Assembly: GCA_951406725.2 (NCBI GenBank)
Contig: OX597820.1
Location: forward strand, 92,628,001-92,692,000
DNA from: Octopus vulgaris
Taxonomy: Eukaryota
DNA length: 64,000 bases
Direction: 5' to 3'
Shown here: piece by piece, positions 1-14,229 of the stretch
Position numbering within the stretch: the stretch's first letter is position 1
How the letters are laid out: each line of letters opens with the position of its first letter
Made by a program: the position numbers and the translations under genes
Notes under the pieces: model-generated
What the model saw: only the letters and a program-made list of their open reading frames with translations
Databases searched by the model: none
What the model was told of the DNA's origin: nothing

Positions 1-984
1 CGTAGCTCTACGTGTCGTCTATCCATTCAACTTCTCTGCCCATCATATCTAGGAGAGTCATGGGCGTAGCGTCCTCAAGTGCTTCTTTCATAGAATCTAA
101 TGAGAAGCAACCGTCTTTACAGTTTCCGATTGGATTCCCAAGCGTGTGCACCTCCGGCAATGGATATTGTACAACCATCTCGATATTCCTCTACCTCTAG
201 GTCTTCAAACAGTTCTGTTTGAGGAAACCGTCTTGCGATTCTTTACTGCGATATTCTAATCACATATCCGTTGTACTGGAGTTGTGATCGCTTAATGCGG
301 AGTAGATGTTACATGTAAGAATGCGGAGAAGTAGAGGTTTCATGTCTTTACTGGAAAAGCAAGAAATTCACTGTGTCGAGTTATATTCTATTTTAAATTG
401 TCCCAGATAAAACTCATGATTTATACTGTGCAGCTTAGGTTAAAAGTATAATGTGTTTTATGTAACTACGAGCAAAGGACGTGCATATCAGATTTATGAC
501 AAAATTAGACTTTGTGACGTTCCAAGAGTTTTAAAATGTTTCTTTATCTCAGAAACATTATAGCGGGGAGGTGTATTTAAGAAATTTAATCTCAACCAGA
601 AAAGAGGAACAGGTATTTCAACTGGCGTAGAATTAACATCATATTCTGCGACACTTACCAAATAAGTCTAATTTTGCTTCTTTTATCCTTCCTAGAAGAC
701 AGGTGAAGTATATTTTAAATGATGGGGCAATCAAATATTGTAACAGTGTGTAGCCTTTACCAAAGTATTCAGCGGTCAGGTAAATCAAATAAAGTAAATT
801 GTATCAGATGTCAGACAAGTGTTGTAGCTGCATCGCAATAACACCGTACCGAAAGAACACCTGTTGATGTATGACAGTCGCTATATGTTTAGAATCAGTC
901 CAATAAATATATTACGCAAGTCAACAAAGTCTCTGCACGTTGACTCATACTTGCTAAATGTAGACAGTGAAACTTCACTCATGT

Positions 985-1029
<45 letters not shown>

Positions 1030-1411
1030 GAGTATCTTAAAATGAAAGTGATACAGCACAGTGCAGCATTATCTACACAAGGAGAATGCGATAGCAGCAC
1101 CTAAAACGCCTTTTAAAAACTTCATATATTGGAGGTAACCTGAGGTTCAACAGATATAATATAAATTCATAAATATATTTGCTCTGATTTATAAAGGGTT
1201 AGATTCGAAATACCCACCGAATAATTTCGATTTAAATATTACTGGAATCTGTTTTTTTTTTGGGGGGGGGGTGTAGGGAACAATAGGCTCTCACAAGATG
1301 AATGACTCGAAATGATCAACTTAAGACAAAGCATTTACTAGTAAATCAGTGACTGAATAAGACCTAAGTTACGAGGATTTTGCTGAGGATGATTAATCAA
1401 CTATAATTGTG

Positions 1412-1447
<36 letters not shown>

Positions 1448-1506
1448 TTTTCTGTCGCACTAAAGTATGGAGATGAAAGGAGGAGAAATACAAAACAATG
1501 AAGGAG

Positions 1507-1523
1507 AGATAGATAGATTGATT

Positions 1524-1619
<96 letters not shown>

Positions 1620-1672
1620 GATAGATAGACAGACAGATAGATAGATAGATAGATATATAGATAGATAGATAG
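1507..1672. repeat. (AGAT)n microsatellite
   Basis: Near-perfect AGAT array; source of the SIYL-repeat pseudo-ORFs. Confidence 0.95.
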
Positions 1673-1979
1673 AAAAATAGACAGACTGAGAGATAAAGAC
1701 AGATACAAAGAGAGAGATAGAGAGGTGCAAGTGACTATGGAAAAGGAAAGTAAAAGAGAATGATGAAAGTAGGAAAGAAATTGAAGGAATACAAGAGAAG
1801 GAGGAACACGAGGCAGCACCACATTCGAACATTCAGACTGAATACACAGCCATAAACACATAGGGTATACACATCTGGCGGAGAATGCACACAGACAAAT
1901 ATATGGTAAGGAAAACACGCACATGTGATTAAGCAAATTTCTTACAAGTGGTAGAAACAAAACACGTAAGCAGAATAAC

Positions 1980-1996
1980 ATACATACACACAAACA

Positions 1997-2028
<32 letters not shown>

Positions 2029-2101
2029 CACTCACACACATATTCATACATATATATATGAAGATATATATATACACATATACATACGCACTTACATTCT
2101 C

Positions 2102-2163
<62 letters not shown>

Positions 2164-2188
2164 GTATCTATATGTATATGTATGTTTG

Positions 2189-2229
<41 letters not shown>

Positions 2230-2264
2230 GTATATATATATGTATCTATATGTATATGTATGTT

Positions 2265-2303
<39 letters not shown>
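1980..2303. repeat. Compound (TACA)n/(TA)n/(TATG)n microsatellite
   Basis: Directly visible low-complexity array. Confidence 0.95.
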
Positions 2304-2306
<3 letters not shown>

Positions 2307-3145
2307 AATTTCTTGATGAAAATCTGGATGGCTAATATTATCAATCGTGAACAGATTGGAAGAAACGTATGTCTGATAGAAATGTTATATTTTAGTTATT
2401 TTTACTGTGTAAACATTGTTCCTTCTTCCTGTTAAAGAGAGATATTTAATAAGTTTTGTACATTAGGTTCTGTTTCTGTCTTTGCTTTCATTTTCTTTCT
2501 ATTATTTCATTATTGGCGTATATTAATACAACAATAATCAGCAATTTGATTTATTAAGCAAAATCCGGATTTATGTGTGTATGCCTGTACACATAAGTGT
2601 ATGTATGCATGTATGTATGTATGTATGTATGTATGTATGTATGTATGTATGTATGTATGTATGTATGTATGTATGTATGCATGTATGTATGTATGTATGT
2701 ACGTTCGTGTGTCGGTGTGTTAGTATTTACACATACATACCGTTCTAAACTTTCAAACAAATAATGCAATTTGCGTCCTACAAGAAATAATTAAGAAAAT
2801 GTATTCGAAACCAATATATATATGTGGAGATTTATCACGTGTGCCATTCATTTATCTATCATAACCTTGGCTATCATAGGAGATGTTTAGAAGCGGGGTG
2901 GAATCTTTAGTACACTGTAGAAAGTGCTTAGGCGTATTTCTCATGGTTATTTAGGTACTAAGTTCAAATCTCTCCATGATCAAATTCACCTTTCACCGTC
3001 TCATGCCTTTACAACCAAATGTACCTATTCAGTGTTTCTGTCGATGTGTTACGCTTATAATTTTCAACTAAAATGCAGGTTTTATGCTGTAATTGAAAAC
3101 ATTTATAAACTACGTCGTGCCTGTGAGTGTGTGTGTGAATGCGTA

Positions 3146-3183
<38 letters not shown>

Positions 3184-3186
<3 letters not shown>

Positions 3187-4760
3187 GAGATATAAAATAA
3201 AACAAATGCACACTAGGTATAAAAGTAATGGCTATTTTTGTAAAAACAAAGATATATACATACAAATAAATTATTTGTGGTGGACTTAAGAAGTATAAAA
3301 CTCTTTTTTATATGAGTCATTATAGAAAGTCGTACCGGTTTCGCCATACCTTTTCGCTGACTCGAAATCAGAACCGATTTCCAAACGCTGTTTGGTCTAA
3401 TAATACCTGAGTGGAAAGATTGCATGCAAGCATTTCTGAAAGTTATACAATTAAGGTAGATATGATTAATAGAATATGAATGGGATATGAGATGTATGAG
3501 GATTAGTTGGATTATTGATATTAGTAAGGATTTTAGTGCCTTGCAATACGTTGTGTATTTATGTTGTCGTTGACGTTATTAATGAAAATTGCCTTTTTAT
3601 TTAATCTTTGCTGCACCGAGGTGTTCTGGGAACATTCATGAAAAGGGTAAGTTAGGAAGTTTGGTTTAAGGTTCCTAGCACATTTATCTATGTGATTGCT
3701 ACCTCTCTACATTGTGGGAAGCGGATTTTATCTTTGTGAAGTGTTGCTCTTCGTCTGAAGTACATTCGTATCTGGCCTACATAGTGGCTTCCACAACCAC
3801 ACGATGTAACAATATATGTTAAGCTTTCAGAGGCACAAGTGAAATTTCAATATTTCATTCTTCAATATTTCACCTTGTTTGAAGTAAAATTCTGTACCCT
3901 CCAAAATGTGGAGGCATGTGCCACAGTTAAGCCGCCTGCTTTTTTCCACTTTTGGTTCCCTTGTTACGTGATATAATCTTGCGCTTGTTAATATTTTTTC
4001 AATGATTTCATCAGCATTTTTCCTTTGATAATTTTGTGTGTGCTCAAAATTTCGTTCATTGTGTTATCTCCAGTGAGAATGGGTAGTTTTGGGATGATGA
4101 TGTTGAATGCTTCATTGTTTCTTGTTTTTATGCGTGGAGCTGTATGGGAGTACTTTTCCATCTGGTGTGGTATTTCGGTTAACTTCCCTTACTGTTTGTA
4201 TGTCTTTCCTTTGCTCATTTAATCCCATTAATGATGTTGGGTAATGTTTCCTGATTAGTGTTGATTTAAGTTCACGGATTCTTCGTTCACGAGTATTGGT
4301 GTCCGAAACTATGGTACAAATTCTTTTCGCTAGATTATAAGATATATTGATTTTTATGTTTTGTTGGTGGCATGTGTTGAATAATAGGTATTGTTTTGAA
4401 TCTGTGGGTTTATAAAAGATGTCCATTTCGATGTGATTATTGAAAATTTTAATTGGGATGTAAAAAAAGGGAAGTTGTTTATTGATGTGTTCCATGGCGA
4501 ATTGTATGTTGCTATTGATATTGTTGACCATTATTTTCAATTCGAAGTTTTAGTCCATGTTATCGTTCCAAAATATAAAGCAGTCATCTAAGTACCTCTT
4601 CTAGTTCTCCTTTAAATTGCTATGAAATGAGGTACCATATTTCTGTTGTGATAATTGGTACATTTTAAATTCTAGATAACCCATTAGAAGGTTCGCGATT
4701 ACTGGGGTAGCTCGAGTTTCCTTTGAAATTCCACATCTTTGTCGATAGTAAACTATATCG
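3184..4760 (-). mobile_element. Penelope-like retroelement relic (RT C-terminal half, GIY-YIG endonuclease, 3' pLTR)
   Basis: Minus-strand translations YYRQRCGISKETRATPVIANLLMGYLE, KRYLDDCFIFW (YxDD motif), DIFYKPTDSKQYLLFNTCH and TCASESLTYIVTSCGCGSHYVGQ (GIY-YIG-like). Stops and frameshifts are present; the 3' end abuts (TA)n. Confidence 0.9.
3327..3379 (-). ncRNA. Degenerate minimal hammerhead ribozyme in the PLE pLTR
   Basis: Minus strand reads aatcg..CTGAT(ttc)GA gtca..tggc GAAAC cg GTA cgactt, with palindromic stem III (ACCGGT) and a 3-nt insertion in the core. Confidence 0.6.
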
Positions 4761-5164
4761 GGCATGAATTAGTTATCAGTTTAACCGTTTGCATGGCCAA
4801 TTTGACAAAGCATGCTATTCAAGAGCTTGATTAGTAAGTTCTACCGTACCTACCGTATTCTCCTCAATGGGGCCATCAGATTATTACATTTTTTTCTCGC
4901 TCACCAAGTATCTGGATAGCGTTTGATTCAGCAACTACGTGTGGCTGTAAAACGTGGCTTCGGTAAATTCTTCTAATCGAGACCTGGTAATTTCTGCCGT
5001 CAAAGTATTGAAAATTTCGTAGAATGTTGGCATGAACAATAAAAAGTATATTAATCATAGATTTCTAGATAAAAAATTAGGAACGCGTATATCTGACAAT
5101 CCTCTATATGAGAAGTAAGAAATATTATTCGAAACACATCGTCTCAGTATTAACTCGTAGTTAA

Positions 5165-5520
5165 TGTGTAGCGAGTGATTAAGCGTCTTCATCCTGGTGG
5201 AGGCGAAGAGTGCCTATGCCTGATGCGGCTGTTCAGCCCAAGGGTTTTATAGAAGAGTGGAAGCCATTTATTGCAGAGGTGGGTGCTTGGGGATAAAAAG
5301 TGCGAATCACTCTTTGCGTCTTCAACGACTCATCCCTGTCTCTTACGCATGCCTCAAACGCGTCTTCCCCGTCAACTCCTCGAGGTCCCCAAATTCCGTT
5401 TCAGAGACCAGCTCAAGGCAACTCATATCCACTGGAGACATATACTGCACTTCATATTGTAATAAATGATCTGCTTAATTGAGCATGAATCAGTGCATTT
5501 AATGAAATCTACCAACCATT
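5165..5520 (+). mobile_element. Possible solo LTR or other GC-richer repeat fragment
   Basis: GC-richer block starting near TGTAGCG with AATAAA at 5461; no TSD confirmed. Confidence 0.25.
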
Positions 5521-5889
5521 TTCGAGTAATATCTTAATTAAGTTAAAATCAGTTATGTATGATGATCTTTCTTTTGTATAATCTTATAATTTGATAAATA
5601 TATGGCGTATGTGTATATGAAATATGTACATTTTCGAAAATGGCAGTTGTAATATATTTCGTACGCAAATTCATATATAAAACAGAAAATATTCTGCGAA
5701 CATATATTAAATATATATGTATATTTTAAAGTATGTATGATATATGATATTTGATAGCGATATGTGTTCGGAATGTATTCTATAATGCTTATGTACAAAA
5801 TTCAGTTCTTCATTTACGTAAACATGCTTGATCATAACATAGCCTAAATTGTTGTAGCAATTCTAGATTAAATATTGGAATACAGGGTC

Positions 5890-6600
5890 TCCTACCTGTT
5901 ATGCCTCCTTTTTTCAAGAACACTTTGATGAATTAGTAAATAATTGACAGTGTTGGATTGCATAAAGACTGATGTTGTAATTGAGAAAAAGTTCAGTGAC
6001 ATGGAGGACCGGAAGCCAAATGAATATTGGAAGAGAGTTACCTGTGGTATGATGATTCCCCACTCCCCGGGTGTCAAATTACAAAATTATGACAGGTGTT
6101 CAATATTCTGTGAACGCTGTAAAAGCTATAAGGATTGACATGAATGGCTACATTGGAGGCTACGAAGCAGTGGCCAGAAGGAAGGGACACAACAATCATT
6201 CTGACTGCGTCCACTCTGAGATTCATCCAATAAGTGCAGGGCAGGATGATGGAAGATGCCAGCAAGGGAATTTGGAGATTGGCGGGAGAGATGGTTATTG
6301 GAGGTGCCATCACGAAGCTGGCGCAGAATGTCGACCTTCTACATTACAAGTGGCACAAGGAACAAATTCTGATAGCAAAGGCCGAGGGAAAATACTTGAC
6401 GAAAGCAAAGAAGCTCCCGAACTAAATAGGCATTCTGTTGAGTACCTGGTTCTTCTTAGAGGAAAAGAATATCTGCCTAGGCCACTTCTACATCACCAAG
6501 AGCAAGAGGTGGCTAACCTACAAATCATGTAATGTCCCAAGTACCTTGAAAAACAAATTCCTCCCAACTGTGACGGTCTTTTGAGTGTGACACCTATGAG
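5890..6600 (+). mobile_element. Decayed coding relic, possibly LINE (Tx1-like) ORF1
   Basis: Purine-rich, GC-elevated block with overlapping broken ORFs ending in a degenerate G..P.....CPK knuckle-like stretch; family assignment is weak. Confidence 0.3.
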
Positions 6601-7385
6601 GGTAACTTTATACTGTAATGCATCTTTCAGCAGGGCCTTAGGCTAAATCCAGATGGCTGCATAAAACTGCTACTGATTGTGACGGAAAGGAGTTGCTACT
6701 GGAGGGTCATATATAAGGCAACAGGATTCAATCCCTTCACACACCAGCGGAAAGCGTCAGAAGTGTCTGTCGGGGAATTTCCAGGAAATCTTCAACCCGT
6801 TACTGGCCTACTAATTTCTCCGAATGAGAATCCATGGATTACTATGCGTGGAGTGCGATTGAGAAAGATAACAACTGCTTTTCCTGCAGCACCACGATCG
6901 ACTGGTGGCCAACATAAAGGATCGACTGTCTTCCGAGGAACACAGTGAGGAACTCATGTACTACAGTTTCTGTAGCCTGGTGAGGCTGTTGTGGTAGCTG
7001 AGGGCAGCTATCTGAGTAAACTGTTATGTTCCAGACTTAATCCACTTTATACTTTTGAGTATGGTAATTACTTTTGGATAGGATATTTGTTTTTATTTTC
7101 CTTTTCTGCAAACTGCGAAAGTTAGCACGAACATCTTGTATATGTTGTGTCAATGCGATTATTAATTACAATTTTCACTTTCTTTTTACAAGACGGGTAG
7201 AGTAGTGAGTATATGTCGTAGTGTAATATTAGGCAATAGTTTGTCTTATACGTAGGGCACAACATTGTACAGATGACCAAAAAAGTTTCAAGAGAATTGC
7301 ACATCTCAAGTAATACGGCAATTCAAAGTTAGTATCATGCCACTACGTTGCCAAATGTGTCAAACGCGTGCAAAAAATATGCATC

Positions 7386-7745
7386 TGTGTGGTAGAAACT
7401 TGCTTCCAAACCACATGGTTCCGGGTTCAGTCCCACAGCATGGAAACTTGGGCAAGTGTCTTCTACCATAACCTTGGGCTGACCAAAGCCTTGTAAGAGG
7501 ATTTGGCAGACGGAAACTGAAAGAAAGTCGTAGTATAAATATGCATGTATTTGTGTGTCTGCATTTGTAACGCCCACCATCACATGGCAACCGATGTTTG
7601 TGTGTTTACGTCCCCGTAATTTAGAAGTTTGACAGAAGTGACCGACAGAATGAATCCTAAGTCCTGGGATCGATTTGTTCGACTAAAGGAGGTGCCCCAG
7701 CATGGCCGCAATCAAACGACTGAAACCAGTAAAAGTATAAAAGAA
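7386..7745 (+). mobile_element. tRNA-derived SINE family A
   Basis: A/B-box-like head (GTGTGGTA...GGGTTCAGTCCC), body GGCAAGTGTCTTCTAC, tail ...GACTGAAACCAGTAAAAG; matches copies at 36.9, 47.5, 48.6, 57.9 and 59.9 kb. Confidence 0.9.
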
Positions 7746-7882
7746 TAAAAGAATACATATATTTACACACACTCGCACATATAGACACGTATGTATGTAT
7801 ATATTATACATAGGCATATTTATATACATACATATACATATATATATATATAAACACATGCATATGTATGTACATACGCACA

Positions 7883-7956
<74 letters not shown>

Positions 7957-7957
<1 letters not shown>

Positions 7958-9926
7958 GAGAATTTGTTTTGGCGTTTGAAGATGCACTTGAATATCAAAC
8001 GTATTGTCGTTTTTAAATTTTGTAATAGTTCTATTCAAATACCAAACCGGTTTCGACAATTCTTTTTGCTTATCAATGGTCCAAATATATTAATAAAGTG
8101 TTCACGAGAGAATAATAATATTGGATATAGCTTAACTCATAACTTAGATATTATACCTTCTACGAACAATGAGAAACTAGACAAATTCTACTTAAGTAGA
8201 AACAGTTATAATTATAATAATAAATACTTTAACTTCCCTGTACTCAATAAACATTCTATTAATTTGAATAACCCCGGTAATAATACATCTCACGAAATAT
8301 CATAACAAATAACATTCCCCTATCAAATACACACATAAATAATAATACCTAAAACAATTGCGATTGCATTAAGAATGCATGCAAAATAGGAAGTGTCATA
8401 TATCAGTGTACAGTAACAGCTCTAGAAAATAAATATTTTTATGTTGGATCTACTGAAAATAAAATAAAGAAACGGATATCAACCCGCTTATACATACTTA
8501 GAAATAAAGATAAATCTAACTCAGCTGGATTCTGCAAATTTATCTGCCAACTAATATATAACAATATAAATTTTAATATTAAAATGGATATAATAGCTTC
8601 ACCACCTTCTTATAAAGCTAATAGTAAAAATGATTTATTTGTTTAAATGAGAAATTTTTCAGTCTTTCGGCGAAATGCACATTACTTAACTTTAGAAATG
8701 AGAGAAAGAAATATTGTATACACATGGGAAAATATGTATGTTCCAAATATAAACACATAGATAATAAGAGTTCAGTTACCTCTCTCACCACTATAGTTGC
8801 ACACTTTAATCTATAACCCATACTATCACTTCTATTTACTTCATTGTTGATATATTAAGCTAATTATTAATAATGTTCATATAGTATTCTACTATTAATC
8901 CCATACTTTAACTATAGATTTATATTTAATTTTATTTCTTAATTACTCTTTCTTCAATTTACTTTGAAAAATTCATTTATACCTAAATTAAAACATTACA
9001 TCTCTCATTATATCACTTTTCTATATATTTTCCCATTATCTTCTAATTTTTACCAAATTTCCCAATAGTAGTAATTATTATTTTCATTTAATATTGTTAA
9101 TTTGTATTCCCCCATTATATATTTTTAATATAATTAATACCGATTTGCACATTTTTTCTCCTTTTCCGAGATTTACTATTAATATTTACCTCCTTTCACC
9201 CTCCAATGTTTTAAGTTTCCATACTATTCTTTACTCAGATATTTTATTTATTTATTAAATTTATTAATAAATATACATATAATTATTTTTCAAACCTTTA
9301 CATAAAAAAACATGTTTTTTTACTTATATTCATTTTTTCTATATGTTTTCTATAATTCCTAAGATGAATTAACTATCCATATTACCCCCACACCTCCTTA
9401 ACCGCTATATTTATTTTACACACATAAGAATTTTATCCCCTAAACTAAAGAAACTATAAATTTTTTCGTTGATATTAGGGATTTTTCTTCGTATTCTATA
9501 CACATAACAACGCCATTCTTTTATCGTGTTTATTTATTTATTTATTATACCAGGTGGTGCTATCAAGGTCGAAACCTATTAAAGTTATCAAAGTTTTACT
9601 TTATATTACCGCTAAAGATCGCCAAACAAATGAAACGCTACTTATTTTAAAATATATGAAAATAAGTATAAGAATGTGCATTGTCCGTTTAATTTTAAAA
9701 AATTCTATATGTGGCTGATGATTGCACGACATTTTAAAACTGATGTAATACTTACAGTGTTTAATAAAATGAAGTAGCATGAAACAATTGTACTACACTA
9801 CCTTGGATATCCTTGTTGCATATTTTGATTATAATCACCCCATTTGATTTATATGGGTAATACCATACAAAATACTGGTGCCTTTAACTTAAGTACCATA
9901 TTCATCTGAATCTAAATTTTGCTGAA

Positions 9927-9930
<4 letters not shown>
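7957..9930 (+). mobile_element. 5'-truncated Penelope-like element (linker, GIY-YIG endonuclease, long pLTR) between microsatellites
   Basis: About 8350-8645 translates NNCDCIKNACKIGSVIYQCTVTALENKYFYVGSTENKIKKRIS, a Cys-motif plus GIY-YIG domain; linker motif IGYSLTHNLDII upstream; HHR near the 3' end; (TA)n on both sides. Confidence 0.85.
9710..9797 (+). ncRNA. Type I hammerhead ribozyme with long stem II insertion
   Basis: tgtgg CTGATGA (9715-9721) ttgc...gcat GAAAC (9781-9785) aatt GTA ctaca; 5-bp stem I; palindromic stem III ACAATTGT. Confidence 0.7.
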
Positions 9931-10012
<82 letters not shown>

Positions 10013-10094
10013 TGTTTGTGTATGTGTGTGTGTGTGTGTGTATAAAGATAGATATATATATGTATATAAATATATATATATGTATATAAATATA

Positions 10095-10662
10095 TCACCT
10101 TCACCTTGATCACCTTGACCGACCAGTCCGTCAGGCGTCCATTTGACACCGCTGGTCACAGCACGCTGGACCATATGTTTACTCTAACGCAACTGCTTGG
10201 GCGAGCAAATGAGTACAAGCTGCCTCTTTGCGTTGTGTTTATAGACTATGAGAAGGCCTTCGATAGCGTCGAAACCAAAGCAGTGCTGAACTCGCTGCAG
10301 AGGCAAGGAGTCGAAGTGCAATATGTGCAGCTGCTCAGAGAGGCAAATTCCGGATGCACCACCGACATAGCTCTACTGTCATCACCCATACGAGTGCCAG
10401 TCGAGAAGGGAGTGAAGCAAGGAGATACAATCTCTCCAAAACTTTTCACTGCATGTCTCGAAAAGTTCATCAGAGGCATCGACTGGCAAGGTGGTGGCAA
10501 CATCAATGGCGAGCTCCTCACCCACCTCCGTTTCGCTGACGACATAGTACTCATCACTGAAAACACGGATCAGCTTCAGACCATGCTGACGGAGCTCGAC
10601 ATCAAAAGCTCTGCAGTAAGTCTCAAGATAAACCGCATGAAAACAAAGTACCAACAGGTCGA

Positions 10663-10665
<3 letters not shown>
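10095..10665 (+). mobile_element. RTE-clade LINE reverse transcriptase fragment
   Basis: Open frame with STLDHMFTL, FIDYEKAFDSV, GVKQGDTISPKLF and HLRFADDIVL; truncated, with (TA)n on both sides. Confidence 0.95.
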
Positions 10666-10747
<82 letters not shown>

Positions 10748-11180
10748 CATGCATATATGTGCGTGAGCTTGTGCGTGTGTGTGTGTATTTAGAAAATTAT
10801 CTCCGCTTCCACTAATATAATAGATTCGTTAGGCAATTGAAAGTGAATACTAAGATTCTGTAATTCAATCTAAGTTATAGAGAATGATTCCGTGAGATTC
10901 AAACATTCGGAACAATTTCGGTTATAGCATTGAAAACATTCGTCCAAGATATACGTCGTTAAATTATTCAGTTTCAGAAGATCTATCGTATTACTGAGAT
11001 GTTCTTTGCTAAAATATTTAAATCTTTAATGCATAACTATTTGCTGTACTTGTATGGATAAACATATAAAATACTACCGTCCTTGAACGTTCAGACACAC
11101 ACACATACAATACACAAACATGCACACATACATGTATACATATATATATGTGTGTGTGTGTCTATATATATCTTTATATA

Positions 11181-11224
<44 letters not shown>

Positions 11225-11954
11225 ATTATATGATTGGGATCTTTAGCCTACTGTAGTTGCTGTGAGATGCAATACACACACCCCTCACACACAAATGCAG
11301 ACATACAAGCATATATATATATATATATATACATATTTAAGCGTATATATACACACATATTTACATGTATATACATATATCCATAAATGCGTATATATAC
11401 ATACATGTTTGCATGCATATATATGTATATATGTATATATTATATATATTCACACACACACATACATATATATATATATCTTTACATGCATGTATATACA
11501 AACATATATACACGTTCATTCAGATGAACATATATAGAAATATATCCTTGTACTTGAGTAAAATGAAAAGAGCAACCAAATTTGACAGGTATCTGCATAT
11601 CTAATATACCAATCATGATATTATATGCTTTTTATACGTTTGTATATATACCACATAGTAAAATATACGCACATGCATTGGACAAAACTTTTTTATAGTT
11701 TTCATCTGCAACCATAAATCGCTGGCTACAAATATTTATCCCGATATATTTGTCATAGCCAAAAGATATAAATACAAGGATATGTATGAGAAAGGTGAGA
11801 TATAAAGGCGTATTCATAAGTATTACAAGAAATATATGCAGGTCAGCCAGAAGCGTACAAACCAGACACATATTATCATGACGATAGATTTGAAAACGAA
11901 TAGCAATATAAATATGGCTCACTCTAAAAGTGTAATACAAACAGCCGTTTCATA

Positions 11955-11992
<38 letters not shown>

Positions 11993-11994
11993 CA

Positions 11995-12359
11995 CTTTGT
12001 CTTCTCAAAGAAAATATTTCTCCAGCATTCGCTATTTTACCCTCGTTTCGGTCTAACGACCTTCCATGTTTCTTTTCGTTACGTTTCCTTGTGTGTCTCC
12101 ACTGTCCTGTTTTTGTCTCCAACTTTGACCTTCCATAAATTCCAAATTAGATTTTAGTATTTATGGGAACAACCGTCTTCGAAGACTCAAACTGTCGTTC
12201 AATGCTCGAAATGAGGAGTAGATATACAGCGGACAACTGATGAAGGGTCGTTCTTTATGTTAATTTTCCTGTTTTTCATTTGTTTCTCTCATTGTTTGCG
12301 TATTGGTACATTTCTCTTCGTATTTCATGTTGTTTTCTGTTGGTGACGACCTGTACCCG

Positions 12360-12360
<1 letters not shown>
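11995..12360. mobile_element. Short non-coding element between (TA)n tracts with partial HHR motifs
   Basis: Minus strand ggtc-gtta-gacc GAAAC gagg GTA at about 12038-12061; plus strand CTGATGA near 12238; pyrimidine-rich tail ending at (TA)n. Confidence 0.45.
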
Positions 12361-12391
<31 letters not shown>

Positions 12392-12554
12392 AATGGGCAC
12401 ATTTAATATTGAAGCCCGTACCAATGTATATAAATCAAGCATACACATACGCTCACGTATGCACATATAGACATTACAGCTTACCAGACATGACAGATAA
12501 ACTTGTGTGTATAAACATATATATATTTATATACACAAACGCGCGCGGGTGCAC

Positions 12555-12600
<46 letters not shown>

Positions 12601-12629
12601 TTACGCAAATACAAAAACAAACAAATACG

Positions 12630-12666
<37 letters not shown>

Positions 12667-12881
12667 CGAGAAACAGACAGACAAAGACAGACAGACAGAC
12701 AGACAGACAGACGGATAGATAGAATATATTCAACTTTGGAAGTTTATTTTTTGTTGTAATTAATTAAATTGAATCTAATAAACCATATTTTAAAAATTCG
12801 TTTTTATTTCAAAATATATCATTTATTTGTAATAAAGCCAGTACTATTTATATTTACATTTACAACTATATGCGCACATTA

Positions 12882-12925
<44 letters not shown>

Positions 12926-13074
12926 AGATACATAAACATATATATATATATAAATGAGTGTGTGTCCATATTCAGATACACAGCCTTTGTACCAGTGTGT
13001 TAGTAGACATGTAGCTCTCATTTTTTCCGTTGTATTCTTGTTTTGCTCATTTCAATGCAATTATATATATATCT

Positions 13075-13446
13075 ACCGTGGCTCTCCATCGGTTACGACG
13101 AGGAAGGTTCCAGTGGATCCAATCAACCTGCTCGTGCCATTAACGTGCAAATGGCTGAGCACTCCACAGACACATGTACCTTTAACGTAGTTCTCGGGGA
13201 GATTCAGCGTGACACAGAGTGTGACAAAGCTAGCCCTTTGAAATACAGGTTCAACAGAAACAGGAGTAAAGAGCGAGAGAAAGTTGTGCTGAAAGAGTAC
13301 AGCAGAGTTCGCGCCCAACCCCTGCCGGAGCCTTGCGGAGCTTTAGATGTTTTTGCTCAATAAACATTCATAACGCCCCGTCTGGAAATTGAATCCGCGA
13401 TCCTTTGACCACGAAACCGATAACCTTAACACTATATGTGTATATA

Positions 13447-13497
<51 letters not shown>

Positions 13498-13595
13498 CGG
13501 AGCTTTAGGTGTTTTTGCTCAATAAACACTCACAACGCCCGATCTGGAAATCGAAACCGCGATCCTATGAACACGAGTCCGCTAACCTAGCCACT
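13075..13595 (-). mobile_element. tRNA-derived SINE family B (one near-full copy plus a second head fragment)
   Basis: Reverse complement of the 43164-43545 copy; second head at about 13500-13595. Confidence 0.88.
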
Positions 13596-13624
13596 ATATA
13601 TATATACATATATGTGTGTGTGTG

Positions 13625-13678
<54 letters not shown>

Positions 13679-14229
13679 GTGTGTGTGTGTGCGTGTGTGG
13701 TGCGTGTGTTTATGTTTCTGCTTGTCTATGCTTCAGCGTGCTTGTATTGCTGTGTAAACACAGACTAAAATATGTAAACATTTCTATTTAGAAGAATCAA
13801 TTCACATAAAGTATGTACCTATGAAGCAATTTCTGTTTATTTTTTTTATTTTCTCTTAACTACGTAGAAACTGGGCAGTTAGAGTGTGTTGTTATTCTTT
13901 TAATAAAGCATGTGATAAAGAATTTTAAATGTTTGAATACGAATATTAAGTACACGATTCAGGTTCTACAAAGTAGAGAGTCTATTATAAATGCAGGGGT
14001 AACCGGGTTTTTAGGCAGGTATTAGCATATGTATATGGGTAAAATGAGCGGTTACTGAGTGAACGTTATAAATTTCGAGAAAGAAAACCATGAGTCAACA
14101 GTATTAAGAATTAAGAAATACTGTTTGTTTTGCAGGTAATTGCTATTTGCATAATAGTGGGTTAAATGAAATCATGAAAATAAAATAGAGCAAAATTAAA
14201 GAAACCCTAAAAATACCGTTCTTTGGGTT

